Below are positions 1-10,583 of a stretch of DNA of 64,000 nucleotides, one piece after another (the first letter of the stretch is position 1; each line of letters opens with the position of its first letter). Location: the NCBI GenBank assembly GCA_963850905.1, contig CAWKMU010000004.1, positions 160,001-224,000 of the forward strand, in the 5' to 3' direction. Both the position numbers and the translations under genes were made by a program. Source of the stretch: an uncultured Gemmatimonadales bacterium (GTDB lineage Bacteria > Gemmatimonadota > Gemmatimonadetes > Gemmatimonadales > Gemmatimonadaceae). The notes beneath the pieces were generated by a model. It did no database searches, was not told where the DNA came from, and worked only from the letters and a program-made list of their open reading frames with translations.

Positions 1-395
1 AGCGACGGCGTGGCGATGTCCTCGAGGGCACCGACTGCGCCGGCTCGCTTGGTCGGGCCGTGCATCACGCTCGCGTCGAGCTGGACCACCCCGTCTTCGT
101 TGGGCAATCCGCCAAGTCCAACCGATTGATCCTCGGGGTCCAGCTCTTGGATGTTCACGCCGGCGATCGCGGCGTCCAGTGGATCGGCCCCGTGCTGCGA
201 GATCATCTCGAATGCGCGGGCGACACCCCGGATGCCGTTGGCTGAAGAAATGACGACGGGCCGCGTGGCCGGTGCATGCCGCCAGACAGCCCTCGGCTCA
301 CCAGCGGCCGGCAGCGCGAAAGCGTCCCGAGGTAGTATCGAGCTCACGGCCGCCGCCGCGCCTGCGCCGACGAAATCGCGACGAGTGATTGACAC
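1..395 (-). CDS. Glycosylasparaginase / asparaginase-2 family Ntn-hydrolase with Tat signal (partial, runs off window start)
   Basis: Not in the ORF track; manual translation from GTG 395: MSITRRDFVGAGAAAA...DPLDAAIAGVNIQELDPEDQSVGLGGLPNEDGVVQLDASVMHGPTKRAGAVGALEDIATP. SVGxGG.PN..G.VQLDA is typical of asparaginase_2; TRRDF twin-arginine motif; GGAG upstream. Confidence 0.88.
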   Translation of the reverse strand, partial: MSITRRDFVGAGAAAAVSSILPRDAFALPAAGEPRAVWRHAPATRPVVISSANGIRGVARAFEMISQHGADPLDAAIAGVNIQELDPEDQSVGLGGLPNEDGVVQLDASVMHGPTKRAGAVGALEDIATPS

Positions 396-421
396 CTACG
401 CTCCCTGTGAGGGCTGAGGCC

Positions 422-1144
422 CTAAAGGTTGTGTTTCCCTCGCTCGGCGGCAACGGGATCGGTGCCGGCCAAGCGGCCCGCCGCCATCGAACCGGCCCGC
501 GATCGCCCCGCCAGCGTGCGCACCCCGGCGACGGCCGCCCAGACGCAGAATAGCGCGACAGCAGTCACCGTGCCGCGGCTCGCCGGGTCGAAAGCCACGA
601 CGCCGATCAAACCGCCGATCGCCGCAACGCCGGCCAACACCGCCATGTACAGCGGGTGCCGCGCGTCCCGACGCATGATGATCGCGAGCGCGACACACGC
701 CAGCGCGACGAGCGCATTGCCGATGCGGGCGCGGGTCAGGGAGTCCGCGTGGCCGCGGGCAAATCCGGCCGCTGCTTCCTGGTGTCCTTGCATGTAGCGC
801 GCGGCCTCGCCCGTCCCCGTTTGCGCCATGAACGCGACGTTGCTCGCGTTGAGCGCCAGCCCGCAGACGATGATCGCAAAGACGACCGCCAGCGCGAGCC
901 GCATACCGGGCGCTTCCCCGAACAGTTGGCCCCAGATGCCGATCATGATCAGAGCCGAGCCGGCCAGCATGACCAGGTGGATCGCACGCCAGTAGCCGGT
1001 CTCCGCGATGACCGCTAACTGGCCGGCGAGGTCGCTCGGAAGGATGGGATGCAGCGCCGCACCAACCCCGAGCAAGGCCGTTCCCACCAGCAGGATCACG
1101 GCCAGCGTGCGTCCATTGGAGGACCCTGAGATCGCTGCGTCCAT
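422..1144 (-). CDS. Hypothetical integral membrane protein (about 6 TM)
   Basis: 240-aa ORF with multiple hydrophobic helices; no family recognised. Confidence 0.75.
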   Translation of the reverse strand: MDAAISGSSNGRTLAVILLVGTALLGVGAALHPILPSDLAGQLAVIAETGYWRAIHLVMLAGSALIMIGIWGQLFGEAPGMRLALAVVFAIIVCGLALNASNVAFMAQTGTGEAARYMQGHQEAAAGFARGHADSLTRARIGNALVALACVALAIIMRRDARHPLYMAVLAGVAAIGGLIGVVAFDPASRGTVTAVALFCVWAAVAGVRTLAGRSRAGSMAAGRLAGTDPVAAERGKHNL

Positions 1145-1197
1145 GTGGCGTAAGATGTCACGGACGTGACGGTCTCGCTGGAGCCTCGTCGCTCAGC

Positions 1198-2335
1198 GTG
1201 AGTCATCCCCCCACCGGTCGAGCGACGCCACACGCAGCAGGGAGTGTGGCGGGGCGTCAGGTCCCCGCTTTGGATGGCGTCCGCGGAATCGCCGTCGCCA
1301 TGGTGATGGCGTTCCACATTCTGGCGCGCCCCTTTGACGGGTCTTGGCTGGTCAGGTGTCGACCTCTTCTTCGTCCTCTCCGGATTCCTGATCACCGGGA
1401 TTCTGTGGGACACTCGGGATGTACCGGGCCGGGCGCGCACATTCTACATTCGCCGCGCGCTGCGCATTCTGCCGCTCTACTATATCGTTCTGGTAGCGGT
1501 CTTCGTCGTCCGGCCGCTGCTGGGCTGGAATCATCGTCTCGACGACGTCGCCCTCGCTCCCGAACAGATCTGGTATTGGACGTATCTCTGCGACTGGCGC
1601 ATCGCGCTTGGCCACCCGCGCGCTTTCACGTTCCTCACGCATTTCTGGAGTCTCTCGATCGAGGAGCAGTTCTATCTCGTGTGGCCGTTCGTCGTCTGGC
1701 ACTGCACACGGCGTCGCACCATGGGGATCGCGATCGCGCTGGTCGTCATCGCGTGTCTATTGCGCCTCTACCTGGCCTTCGCGACGACCGCTCCCGGTAC
1801 TGCATACGCCTGGCTCCCCTGCAGGGCTGACGCGCTCGCCATCGGGGCGATCGTCGCGCTGGCGTTGCGCGGGCCCGGCGGTGTCGCGGCGGTCCGTCGC
1901 TGGCTCCTGCCACTCGCGCTCCTCGGCGTTGTCACGGTGGCCGCGCTGACCATTGTACGCCCGACCATGCAATTCGATGACGTGGGCATGATCGTCGGCG
2001 GTTACATGGCGTTTGATTGGGCGTTCGCGGGGCTCGTCTTCTTTGCTGCCACGACGCGGTCCGATTTTCTGGAAGCCCGCCCACTGCGTGCGGCCGGACG
2101 CTATAGCTATGGCCTCTACGTATTCCACCCGCTCGTCATGTGGTGGATCACCCGCGACATTCCCTGGCTCGAGCGCGATCAACTACGCTTCGCGACCGGC
2201 GCCGTCCTGCTGTCCGTCGCCGTCGCCTGGCTGAGCTACCGGCTCTACGAATCGCCCTTCCTGCGACTCAAAGAGCGTTGGGCGCGTGTGCCAGTCGCGT
2301 CGGTGGACGCACCGGCGTTTGAGGCAGCCGCCTGA
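1198..2335 (+). CDS. Acyltransferase-3 (OafA/YrhL-like) membrane O-acyltransferase; +1 frameshift near 1333
   Basis: ALDGVRGIAVAMVMAFH in ORF 1198; GVDLFFVLSGFLIT, RRALRILPLYY, HFWSLSIEEQFY and GRYSYGLYVFH in ORF 1334; frames join if one T is removed from CCC TTT GAC. Confidence 0.88.
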
Positions 2336-2352
2336 TAGGAAGCCTTGGACCG

Positions 2353-2377
2353 GTAGGGGCGACGCTTTGCGTCGCCC
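2353..2377 (+). repeat. GTAG-family REP palindrome, copy 1
   Basis: GTAG-GGGCGACGC-TTT-GCGTCGCCC; near-identical copy at 47295. Confidence 0.8.
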
Positions 2378-2452
2378 GTCGTTGTCGTTGCGGTGGTGGC
2401 CCCTGACCCCGACCTCCGACCCCGCCGTCCCTTCTCTTACAACTGACCTGCC

Positions 2453-3634
2453 TCACGTCCGGTACTTCAGCCCAGTCCCAGTGTTGAACACCACGACGCG
2501 CTCCGAGGGCTGGATCCAGCCGCGCTCCCGCAACGCCTCGACGGCAGCCCACGCCGCACCGCCCTCGGGACAGACGTCGACCCCCGAGAGCGCCGCGAGT
2601 TCTCCGGTCTTCTCCGCGATGCTGTCCTCCGCGATCGCGATGGCGGTGCCCTGTGTTTCACGCAACGCACGCAGGCAGAGAAATCCGCCGAGGGGCGACG
2701 GCACCCGCAGGCCGTAGGCCCGAGTCTCGGCATCCGCCCAGGGCTCCGTCCGCACGGCGCCGGTCTCGAATCCCCGCACCACTGGCGCGCACCCAGCCGC
2801 CTGCACCGACACCATGCGCGGCACCCGCGCGCCATCGCGCAGCCAGCCCAACGCGCGCATTTCCCCAAAGGCCTTCCACATCCCGACGAGTCCCGTCCCC
2901 CCGCCCGTGGGATACACGATGACATCCGGCAACTCACCGTCGAACTGCTCGAACAACTCATACGCCATTGTCTTCTTGCCTTCGATACGATACGGCTCTC
3001 GCAGCGTCGACACGTCCCATGCATCCGCGGGACCGTTCGCTCGCAGCCACTTTCCGGCATCGGCGATGGTGCCAGGCACCAGGTGTACGTCAGCGCCGTA
3101 CAAGCGACACTCGGCGACGAATGCCGTCGGTGTGTCGTCAGGCATCGCCACCACGACCGGACGCTGGGCTGCGGCACCATAGGCGGCGAGCGCGCCGGCC
3201 GCGTTACCGGCCGAAGGCGCCGCAAAGGCTCGCGCCTCGAGCGCGGCGGCCACCGAAACTGCAGCGGTCATGCCGCGCGCCTTGAACGATCCCGTGGGGT
3301 TGCGCGCCTCGTCCTTGACCCACACCGACGAGTCCACGGGAATCAGTGGTGTCCATCCTTCGACGAGAGTGACCTCGCCCGACATCAGAGGGAGCACGTT
3401 GCGATAGCGCCACAGGGACGGGGGGCCATCGCGCAACATCGATCGCGGCATTGTCCCCTGGTCGATCGCATAGTCGACACGCAGGGGCATCCCGCACGAC
3501 CGGCACACAGTCTGCGGCGTGCGGTGATCGTGCCGCTGGCCGCAGGCGAAGCAGGTGAGGCCGGTGAGCCGTGGGTTGAACGTGGCCGCGGGGCGTACCC
3601 GCGGAGTGAGCGTGGGAGCAAAGTGAGTCGTCAT
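2453..3634 (-). CDS. thrC: Threonine synthase (fold-type II PLP enzyme)
   Basis: N-terminal CxxC..CxxC; KDEARNPTGSFKARG (PLP lysine); PSAGNAAGA; PYRIEGKKT; YPTGGGTG; FNTGTGLKY. Confidence 0.85.
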   Translation of the reverse strand: MTTHFAPTLTPRVRPAATFNPRLTGLTCFACGQRHDHRTPQTVCRSCGMPLRVDYAIDQGTMPRSMLRDGPPSLWRYRNVLPLMSGEVTLVEGWTPLIPVDSSVWVKDEARNPTGSFKARGMTAAVSVAAALEARAFAAPSAGNAAGALAAYGAAAQRPVVVAMPDDTPTAFVAECRLYGADVHLVPGTIADAGKWLRANGPADAWDVSTLREPYRIEGKKTMAYELFEQFDGELPDVIVYPTGGGTGLVGMWKAFGEMRALGWLRDGARVPRMVSVQAAGCAPVVRGFETGAVRTEPWADAETRAYGLRVPSPLGGFLCLRALRETQGTAIAIAEDSIAEKTGELAALSGVDVCPEGGAAWAAVEALRERGWIQPSERVVVFNTGTGLKYRT

Positions 3635-3707
3635 AGTGTGAGCGTAGCGCGTCTACCGGACCTTCGCAATCCGCCAACTGCGCCTTGACGCCAGTATATT
3701 TTCCCCC

Positions 3708-4871
3708 ATGGCTGACCCCATCTACTTAGATCACGCGGCCACCACGCCCGTTCGGGCTGAGGTCCGAGAGGCGATGGCGCCATTTTTCGGGCCTCGGTTC
3801 GGCAATCCGTCGAGCTTGCACCGTTGGGGCCGCGACGCCCGGGTCGCGCTGGACGAGGCCCGCGAGCGCGTGGCGGCCTGTCTGGGCGCGGCGCCGGACG
3901 AGATCTGTTTCACCTCGTGTGGCACTGAGGGTGACAACCTGGCGATTCTGGGCGCGTGGCGCACGGCGCGCTCGCGCGGACGCAATGCCGTCGTCACGAC
4001 ACCCATCGAACACAAGGCCGTGCTGGCATCGGTCCACCACGCGGCCGCTGAAGGCGCCGACGAGCGCACACTCGCAGTCGATCGGATGGGCGTCGTGGTG
4101 CGCGAGTCGGTCGACGCTCTCGTGTGTGACGATGCCGCCGTGTGCTCGGTGATGTGGGTCAACAACGAGATCGGCACGATGCAGGACGTCCCCGGGCTGG
4201 CCGACGCAGCGCATGCACGAGGTGTGGTGTTTCATACGGATGCCGTGCAGGCGTTCGGCAAAGTCCCGATCGATGCCCGGCGCCAGGCATTCGACTTGTT
4301 GACGGTGTCAGGCCACAAGATCGGAGCGCCCAAGGGCGTCGGTGCGCTCTACGTCCGCCGCGGCGTCGCGATCGAGCCGTTGATGCACGGGGGTACCCAG
4401 GATCGGGGGCGGCGCCCCGGCACCGAGAACGTCGCATTCGCCGTCGGCTTCGCTCGAGCGGCGGAGCTGACGACGGCCGAAGCCACCGCCGAATGCGCAC
4501 GACTGGCCGCGCTACGCGACAGGTTGGAGTGCGAGTTGCTCGCCCGCATCCCCGACGCGGTCGTGCATGGCCGCGGAGCCCCGCGCGCGCCACACATCCT
4601 CAACATCTCCGTGCCCGGCACAGACAGCGAGTCACTGCTGATGGCGCTCGACTTGGCCGGCGTCGCCGCGTCGTCGGGCTCTGCGTGCCAGAGTGGGAGC
4701 GTCTCGCCGTCGCATGTCCTTGCGGCGCTCGGTGTCCGGCCCGAGCTCGCCGTAGCCGCCATCCGAATGAGCCTCGGAGTGCTGACGACCGCCGAAGCAA
4801 CGGCCCGCGTCGCCCAGCTCTTCCCGGCCCTCGTCGCCAAAGCCCGCGGGCACGCCGCGACGTCTGCCTGA
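3708..4871 (+). CDS. iscS: Cysteine desulfurase (IscS/NifS type)
   Basis: [49 protein letters not shown]. Confidence 0.92.
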   Translation: MADPIYLDHAATTPVRAEVREAMAPFFGPRFGNPSSLHRWGRDARVALDEARERVAACLGAAPDEICFTSCGTEGDNLAILGAWRTARSRGRNAVVTTPIEHKAVLASVHHAAAEGADERTLAVDRMGVVVRESVDALVCDDAAVCSVMWVNNEIGTMQDVPGLADAAHARGVVFHTDAVQAFGKVPIDARRQAFDLLTVSGHKIGAPKGVGALYVRRGVAIEPLMHGGTQDRGRRPGTENVAFAVGFARAAELTTAEATAECARLAALRDRLECELLARIPDAVVHGRGAPRAPHILNISVPGTDSESLLMALDLAGVAASSGSACQSGSVSPSHVLAALGVRPELAVAAIRMSLGVLTTAEATARVAQLFPALVAKARGHAATSA

Positions 4872-5983
4872 TGGGCGAGCGCGTACTCGTCGCCATGTCC
4901 GGCGGCGTCGACTCGTCGGTCGCGGCCGCGCTCCTCGCGGAGCGGGGCTGGGACGTCGTCGGCGTGACGATGAAGCTCTTCTGCCATGGCGCTGAAGTGC
5001 CGGACCGGCCGTGCTGTTCCCTCGACTCGATTGACGATGCCCGGCGAGTGTGCGCGCAGCTCGGCGTCCCACACTACGTCGTGAATCTCGAGCAATCCTT
5101 TTCGCGCGACGTGGTACGGGACTTCGTGACGGAGTATGCCCGTGGGCGCACCCCAATACCGTGCGTCCGGTGCAACACGTTCACCAAGTTCCGCGATCTG
5201 TTGCGGAAGGCGGACGCGTTGGACGTGAAGTGGATCGCGACCGGTCACTACGCCCGCGTCGACGGCGGCGTCCTTCGCCGCGGCAGCGATCCCCGGAAGG
5301 ACCAGAGTTATTTCCTCTGGGGCGTAGATCGCGCGGTGCTCGGACGTCTGTTGCTGCCCGTCGGCGAACTCACCAAGAGCGAGACCCGCGCACGCGCGCG
5401 CGCCCTCGGACTGCTCCGCGTCGCAGACAAGCGCGAGAGTCAGGACATCTGCTTTGTGCCAGATGGCGATCACACCCACATCATCGCACAGCAGCTCGGC
5501 CAGGACACCCCGGCTCTACAACCGGGGCCGGTCGTCACGCGCGAAGGGCGTGTGCTCGCCCAGCACAACGGCTTCGCCCGGTACACGATCGGTCAGCGAC
5601 GCGGCCTGCCGGGTGGATCGTCGCAGGCCCAGTACGTTGTTGCGATTCGTCCCTCGGATCGTGCCGTGGTTGTCGGCGAAAAGGATGACCTGCTGTGCAA
5701 CAGTGTCGTAGCTCGGGAGGTCAACTGGCTGCTCGACGGAGCGCCGCACTGTGGAGATCGAGTCGGCGTGCAGGTCCGACACCGCGGCGCTATCGCGACC
5801 GCCGACGTCCGTCGTGTCGACGGTGTTGGCCCCCGCGGACCCGTGGAAATCGAGTTTTCGCTCCGCAGCCCACTGGCAGCCGTAACTCCGGGCCAATCGG
5901 TGGTGTTGTACGATGACGACCAGGTTCTCGGCGGAGGAGTCATCGAGTCTGCGCAGTCGGTCGGAGAGCGCCCTGGCGCCTAA
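4871..5983 (+). CDS. mnmA: tRNA-specific 2-thiouridylase MnmA
   Basis: ATG 4871 overlaps the iscS stop (TGATG); [56 protein letters not shown]. Confidence 0.96.
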   Translation: MGERVLVAMSGGVDSSVAAALLAERGWDVVGVTMKLFCHGAEVPDRPCCSLDSIDDARRVCAQLGVPHYVVNLEQSFSRDVVRDFVTEYARGRTPIPCVRCNTFTKFRDLLRKADALDVKWIATGHYARVDGGVLRRGSDPRKDQSYFLWGVDRAVLGRLLLPVGELTKSETRARARALGLLRVADKRESQDICFVPDGDHTHIIAQQLGQDTPALQPGPVVTREGRVLAQHNGFARYTIGQRRGLPGGSSQAQYVVAIRPSDRAVVVGEKDDLLCNSVVAREVNWLLDGAPHCGDRVGVQVRHRGAIATADVRRVDGVGPRGPVEIEFSLRSPLAAVTPGQSVVLYDDDQVLGGGVIESAQSVGERPGA

Positions 5984-7355
5984 GGCAGTTGCCTGGCCAC
6001 GTCGACGACCGCTGCGGACGGTCGCGGCTGTGAGCCTCGTGATCCAGATCATCAGCGCGACATGGTGGCTCAAGCCGTACATGATGCCCAACGCCGCACT
6101 GGTCATCGCATCGACCCTCGCGGCCTCGGGTCGATACGAAGGCGGCAACTGGCAACGACTCAAGGGGACGGTCGTTCCGACCGATCCGCCGCTGCGGTCG
6201 TATCACCTCCCTGGCGAACCGGTATATCTGGCCGCCGGCCTTGCACTGCATCAGCCAGCCCTGTTCGCCTACTGGCACGTTCCGGTCGCCGTGCTGTTGG
6301 TGGTCGCCACTGCAGCGGTGGCGCTCGCGTTATTTGGCCCGGACGCAGCATTGCTCGCAGGGCTGATCGCGGCGTTCGACCCGCTGATCGTCATCCATGG
6401 TGCTGTCTACGACGACACGTTCCTCGGCGCGGCCCTTTTCTGGCTAATTGCGGCGATCGCGCTGTCCCGCTGGGTCGCCACGAGATCCGCGCGGAATGCA
6501 GTCCGCTCGAACAGCTCCTGGGTCGTCACCCCTGCGCTCGTGATCATCTCCGGCTGGGCGGCTGTCACTCGCACGGAGGCGCTCGTTGCGGTTGTCGGCG
6601 TTGCTGCAGGCTGCCTTGCGATACCCGGGTTGCGCGCGCTGCGATCAACCGGGCTTGCCATCGCCTTCGGTGTGATCCTCGCAGTTGGCGGGTGGGGCGA
6701 GCGGAACGCCATCGTGCAGCATCGTTTCATGACGGGGTCCTCGCATGACGGCGTAACCTTATGGGAATCGACTGAGCCAAATGCGATGCGCGCTCTGGCA
6801 CTCGGTCAAGTCAATGCACTGTCTGCCGACTCGTCGATCGTCGGGGCCATCTGGCAGCAGACGGCTGGCAAGGACGAGGTTGGCGCCAATGAGGTGTTCG
6901 TGCGCGCTGCCATCCAGGAGATGCGCGACGATCCGATTCGGGTCGCCGCGTTCGGGGTCCACAAGATTGGCATCTCCATCGCGGGGATCCGCCCCGAGCT
7001 CCCGATCAGTGCCCCCCGCAACCTCGTGTCGATCCTGTCCACGTTGGTGCTGGTCTGTCTGGCCATAGCAGGCGCCGCGCGCGTCTCGCGCGTGGCTCGC
7101 AAGCGCGATCCCGTACGGCATCTCGCTGGTGTGGGCGCCTGCGTACTGGGTTTGGAACTGCTTGGCGTACTTGCGCTCGGCCCCGTCGGCCTCCGCTACT
7201 GGATCCTCTGGCGCCCCGTGCTCTGGATCCTTGCCGGCCAAGCGTTGCTGGGGCTACGGCAAGACGCCGATGCCCTCAGTACTTCAGCCCACCAGCTGCC
7301 GCAAATTCCCGCATCATCCGCTGCTGATCCTCGGTCAAATGCTCCGGCACGTTGA
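5913..7355 (+). CDS. Multi-pass membrane protein, GT-C (ArnT/PMT-like) appearance; true start uncertain, possibly GTG 6030
   Basis: About 11 TM helices; [35 protein letters not shown] resemble family-39-like glycosyltransferase motifs. Confidence 0.6.
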   Translation: MTTRFSAEESSSLRSRSESALAPKAVAWPRRRPLRTVAAVSLVIQIISATWWLKPYMMPNAALVIASTLAASGRYEGGNWQRLKGTVVPTDPPLRSYHLPGEPVYLAAGLALHQPALFAYWHVPVAVLLVVATAAVALALFGPDAALLAGLIAAFDPLIVIHGAVYDDTFLGAALFWLIAAIALSRWVATRSARNAVRSNSSWVVTPALVIISGWAAVTRTEALVAVVGVAAGCLAIPGLRALRSTGLAIAFGVILAVGGWGERNAIVQHRFMTGSSHDGVTLWESTEPNAMRALALGQVNALSADSSIVGAIWQQTAGKDEVGANEVFVRAAIQEMRDDPIRVAAFGVHKIGISIAGIRPELPISAPRNLVSILSTLVLVCLAIAGAARVSRVARKRDPVRHLAGVGACVLGLELLGVLALGPVGLRYWILWRPVLWILAGQALLGLRQDADALSTSAHQLPQIPASSAADPRSNAPAR

Positions 7356-8433
7356 TCGTGACTTCGACGATCAGATCCCCTGATTTACCATCCTTCTGAA
7401 TACCCTGCCCCGGCACGCGGAATCGCTTGCCGGCAGGTGTTCCCTCGGGGATGCGGAGCGCGACTTTCTTCCCGTCCAGCGTCCGAACGCTGATCCGCGA
7501 GCCCAGTGTCGCCTGGGCGATGTTGAGCGGCACAGTCGCGATGACATCGAGCCCATCGCGACGGAAAAAGCGATCGGACTGCACTTGAAACGTGATCACG
7601 ATGTCGCCCGCTGCGCCGCCATCCGCTCCTTTGCCACCCTGCCCGCGCAGGCGCACCTTGCTGCCCGTATCTGTCCCGGGCGGCACGGTAATGAGCACCC
7701 GCTTGTGACTCCGGACCTCGCCCATACCGTTGCACGTGGGACAACGCTGCGAGGGGACGCGCCCGCGACCGAGACAGACCGGGCACGTCCTCGTGACTGC
7801 AAAGCCACCCTGGCCGAGCGATACGACGCCCCGGCCGTTGCACTCGGGACAGGTCTTGTACGTCGCGCCGGGGGCGCCGCCGGCGCCGTGGCAGGTCGGG
7901 CACTGCTCCGTGACCTCGAGGTCGATCGGCACCTTTCCGCCGAGTGCAGCGGTTCGGAACGGCACCTCGACCGACGTCTCGACCGACTGTCCACGCTCGG
8001 GGCCTGTGGAGCGGCCCGCCGCGCCGCGAGCGCCATTGAACATGTTGCTGAACAGGTCACCGAGCCCGCCAAGACCGCCAACATCGAAGTCTTCGAATCG
8101 GAATGACGAGCCGGGAGCGGGGCCTGACCCGGCGGACGGCCCCCCACTGCGACGCGCACTCGCACCTCGCCCGCCCCCGAAGGGCGCCCCATCGCCAAAC
8201 CCGCCGAAGGCACCAAGCCGGCGCATGTCATCGTACTGTTTGCGCTTCTCGGCGTCCCCGAGGACGTTGTGCGCTTCGGATATTTCCTTGAAGCGTTCTG
8301 CGGCTTTCGGGTCGTTGGCGTTCGCGTCGGGATGATATCGCTTGGCGAGCTTGCGATACTGCTTCTTGATCTCGTCTTGCGTGGCCGATGCGGACACGCC
8401 GAGGACTGCGTAGAAGTCCTTCGTCTGTGCCAT
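7276..8433 (-). CDS. dnaJ: Chaperone DnaJ
   Basis: J domain with HPD, G/F-rich region, four CxxCxGxG repeats. Confidence 0.97.
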   Translation of the reverse strand: MAQTKDFYAVLGVSASATQDEIKKQYRKLAKRYHPDANANDPKAAERFKEISEAHNVLGDAEKRKQYDDMRRLGAFGGFGDGAPFGGGRGASARRSGGPSAGSGPAPGSSFRFEDFDVGGLGGLGDLFSNMFNGARGAAGRSTGPERGQSVETSVEVPFRTAALGGKVPIDLEVTEQCPTCHGAGGAPGATYKTCPECNGRGVVSLGQGGFAVTRTCPVCLGRGRVPSQRCPTCNGMGEVRSHKRVLITVPPGTDTGSKVRLRGQGGKGADGGAAGDIVITFQVQSDRFFRRDGLDVIATVPLNIAQATLGSRISVRTLDGKKVALRIPEGTPAGKRFRVPGQGIQKDGKSGDLIVEVTINVPEHLTEDQQRMMREFAAAGGLKY

Positions 8434-8472
8434 GAGCGGAATGTAAAACGTGCGGCGGTCAGCGACCGCGCG

Positions 8473-9114
8473 CTACCCGTTCCATTGCTTGACGACCACA
8501 CGCGCCGGTCGGAGCAGCTGACCGTTGAATACGTAACCCGGCTGATACACCCGCGCGACGAGGTGATCGTCCTCCGGGCTCAGGGCACGCTCCGTCGCAA
8601 CGGCCTCGTGTAGTTTTGGATCAAATGCATGGTCGACCGGGTTCACGATCTCGAGACCCGCGGCGTTGAGTGCCTTGAGGAGCTTGCGCTCGACAAGGTC
8701 GACGCCGTGAGTCAGGGTCGCGGGGTCGATCGACGCAGGATCGATGTGCGCGAACCGCGACAGATCATCGAGGCCGTCAATCAGTTGCTTGACCAGATCC
8801 GCTTGCCCTCGCGTGCTCGCCTCGATTCGCTCGCGTGTCGCGCGTTTGCGGTAGTTCTCATATTCCGCAGCCAGGCGTAGATACTTGTCCCGGAGCTCGG
8901 CCACTTCCGCCGTCACCGCAGAGGCATCCCCAGCACCGCCCGTGGGCTCGGGACTTTCGGCCACGTTCGCCTCCCGCGCGTCCCGGTCGGCTGGTGTCAT
9001 CTCGACGCCAGGCGCGGTCGCCGTGGGGTCGTTCTCCGTACTGGGGTCGCTTCCACGCGGATCGCCGTCGGCCTGCGACTCGACTGGACCGTCGGCGCCC
9101 TGATCGTACTGCAT
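8473..9114 (-). CDS. grpE: Nucleotide exchange factor GrpE
   Basis: YLRLAAEYENYRKR, FDPKLHEAV, YQPGYVFNGQLLRPARVVV. Confidence 0.95.
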   Translation of the reverse strand: MQYDQGADGPVESQADGDPRGSDPSTENDPTATAPGVEMTPADRDAREANVAESPEPTGGAGDASAVTAEVAELRDKYLRLAAEYENYRKRATRERIEASTRGQADLVKQLIDGLDDLSRFAHIDPASIDPATLTHGVDLVERKLLKALNAAGLEIVNPVDHAFDPKLHEAVATERALSPEDDHLVARVYQPGYVFNGQLLRPARVVVKQWNG

Positions 9115-9257
9115 ACCGTGTCGTGCTCGGCGAGAGAAAGCCATGTTGGGAAGGGTCGGGAGCCAGCGTTGAAGTTCGGAATGAGGGCGGACGGGGCGAG
9201 CCCGGCGGCCCCTGGCAACGCGCATCGAGTCGAAATTTCGGCGCCGCCCAACGCAGG

Positions 9258-9273
9258 TGCAACGGGCGTGCCC
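9258..9273 (-). promoter_or_regulatory. Sigma-54 (-24/-12) promoter upstream of grpE-dnaJ
   Basis: Minus strand GGGCACG-CCCG-TTGCA versus consensus TGGCACG-N4-TTGCW, one mismatch; intergenic and correctly oriented. Confidence 0.65.
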
Positions 9274-9314
9274 TCTGGCGCTGCCGCATCGGCAGGCTGG
9301 ACAGGGCGCTCCTG

Positions 9315-10583
9315 TCAGTCCAGAAGCGCGCGACGCACCATGTCCAGGGCGGCTTGCGCCGCCCGACGCCGGATCTCGTTGCGGTCACCGACGAATGCGA
9401 ATCGCCTCGCCGCCACAAGGGCGACGTCACTCGCGGGTCCCGGGGCCGATAGTCCGATCCACACGGTCCCGACTGGCTTCTCGGGCGAGCCACCGTCCGG
9501 TCCGGCGATCCCGGTCACGCTCACCCCGATGTCGGCGCGGAGCTGCGCGCGCACACCTCGCGCCATCGTGAGAGCGACGGGCTCGCTAACAGCGCCCGTT
9601 GCAACGATCTCCGCTTCCGGGACGCCAAGCAGCTCCGTTTTGACCGCGTTGTCGTAGGCCAGGACGCCGCCCAAGAACACCTCGCTCGATCCCGGTATTG
9701 CCGTGAGCCGTGCACCAAGCATACCGCCCGTGCAGCTCTCCGCGACCGCCAGATGAAGGCCACGGGCCCGGCACGCGTCGAGCACGACGGCGGCGAGATC
9801 CACCCCGTCCTCTCCATAGACAAACCGTCCAATCCGTTCCCGTAGCTGCGCGATGCCAGCCGCGAGCATCCGGTCCGCGTCGTGCGGCGACACGTCTCGC
9901 GCCGTGAGACGCAAGTCCACGCCGTCCTCGCCGGGCAGATACGCCAACGGCATACCCCCCGTTCCGGACGCCAGATCACCCAGTCGCTCGGCCGCCGCCG
10001 ATTCCGCAATCCCGGTCGTGCGTAGCGTGCGCGATCGCACGACCGTGGTGGCGTCAATGCCACGGTCGCGCAGGCGCGGGAGTAGGGTGTCCTGCAGCAT
10101 CGCGCGCATCTCGCGCGGCACGCCGGGCAGCATCGCGACCCAACGGCCCTTTGCATCCTCCAACCAAATCCCGGGCGCAGTGCCGTGGTTGTTCACCAGC
10201 ACGACCGCCCCGTCGGGGATCAACGCTTGCTGGCGATTCGTCGCCGGCGGCGTGCCAGGCAGTCCCCGATCTCGCCACCGCTGCTCGATCCGCGCGTACG
10301 CCGATTCGTCGAAGTGCATGCCACGGCCGAACAGCGCCGCGATGGCCGGCTTCGTCAGGTCATCACTCGTCGGCCCAAGCCCGCCAGTCGTGACGACGGC
10401 GCCCGTCCGGTCGAGCGCGTCTCCAACGGCACTTGCGATGTCCTCTGCGATGTCGCCAACGGTCGCCCGACGGACCAGCTGCACACCGACATCGGCCAGC
10501 TCGCGTGCCAGGTAGGCAGCGTTCGTATCGATTGTAAAGCCGAGGAGAAGCTCATCCCCGATGGTGATCAGTTCGATGCGCAA
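9315..10583 (-). CDS. cinA: Competence/damage-inducible protein CinA (MoCF-like domain plus NMN deamidase PncC domain)
   Basis: IELITIGDELLLG, TTGGLGPTSDDLT, LPGVPREM, AVAESCTGG, GIAGPDGG..KPVGTV; start TTG 10583 or ATG 10595. Confidence 0.93.
   Translation of the reverse strand: MRIELITIGDELLLGFTIDTNAAYLARELADVGVQLVRRATVGDIAEDIASAVGDALDRTGAVVTTGGLGPTSDDLTKPAIAALFGRGMHFDESAYARIEQRWRDRGLPGTPPATNRQQALIPDGAVVLVNNHGTAPGIWLEDAKGRWVAMLPGVPREMRAMLQDTLLPRLRDRGIDATTVVRSRTLRTTGIAESAAAERLGDLASGTGGMPLAYLPGEDGVDLRLTARDVSPHDADRMLAAGIAQLRERIGRFVYGEDGVDLAAVVLDACRARGLHLAVAESCTGGMLGARLTAIPGSSEVFLGGVLAYDNAVKTELLGVPEAEIVATGAVSEPVALTMARGVRAQLRADIGVSVTGIAGPDGGSPEKPVGTVWIGLSAPGPASDVALVAARRFAFVGDRNEIRRRAAQAALDMVRRALLD

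Noticed and set aside
4142..4870. Long N-terminal extension of MnmA
   Set aside because: Out-of-frame overlap with iscS; the real start is ATG 4871
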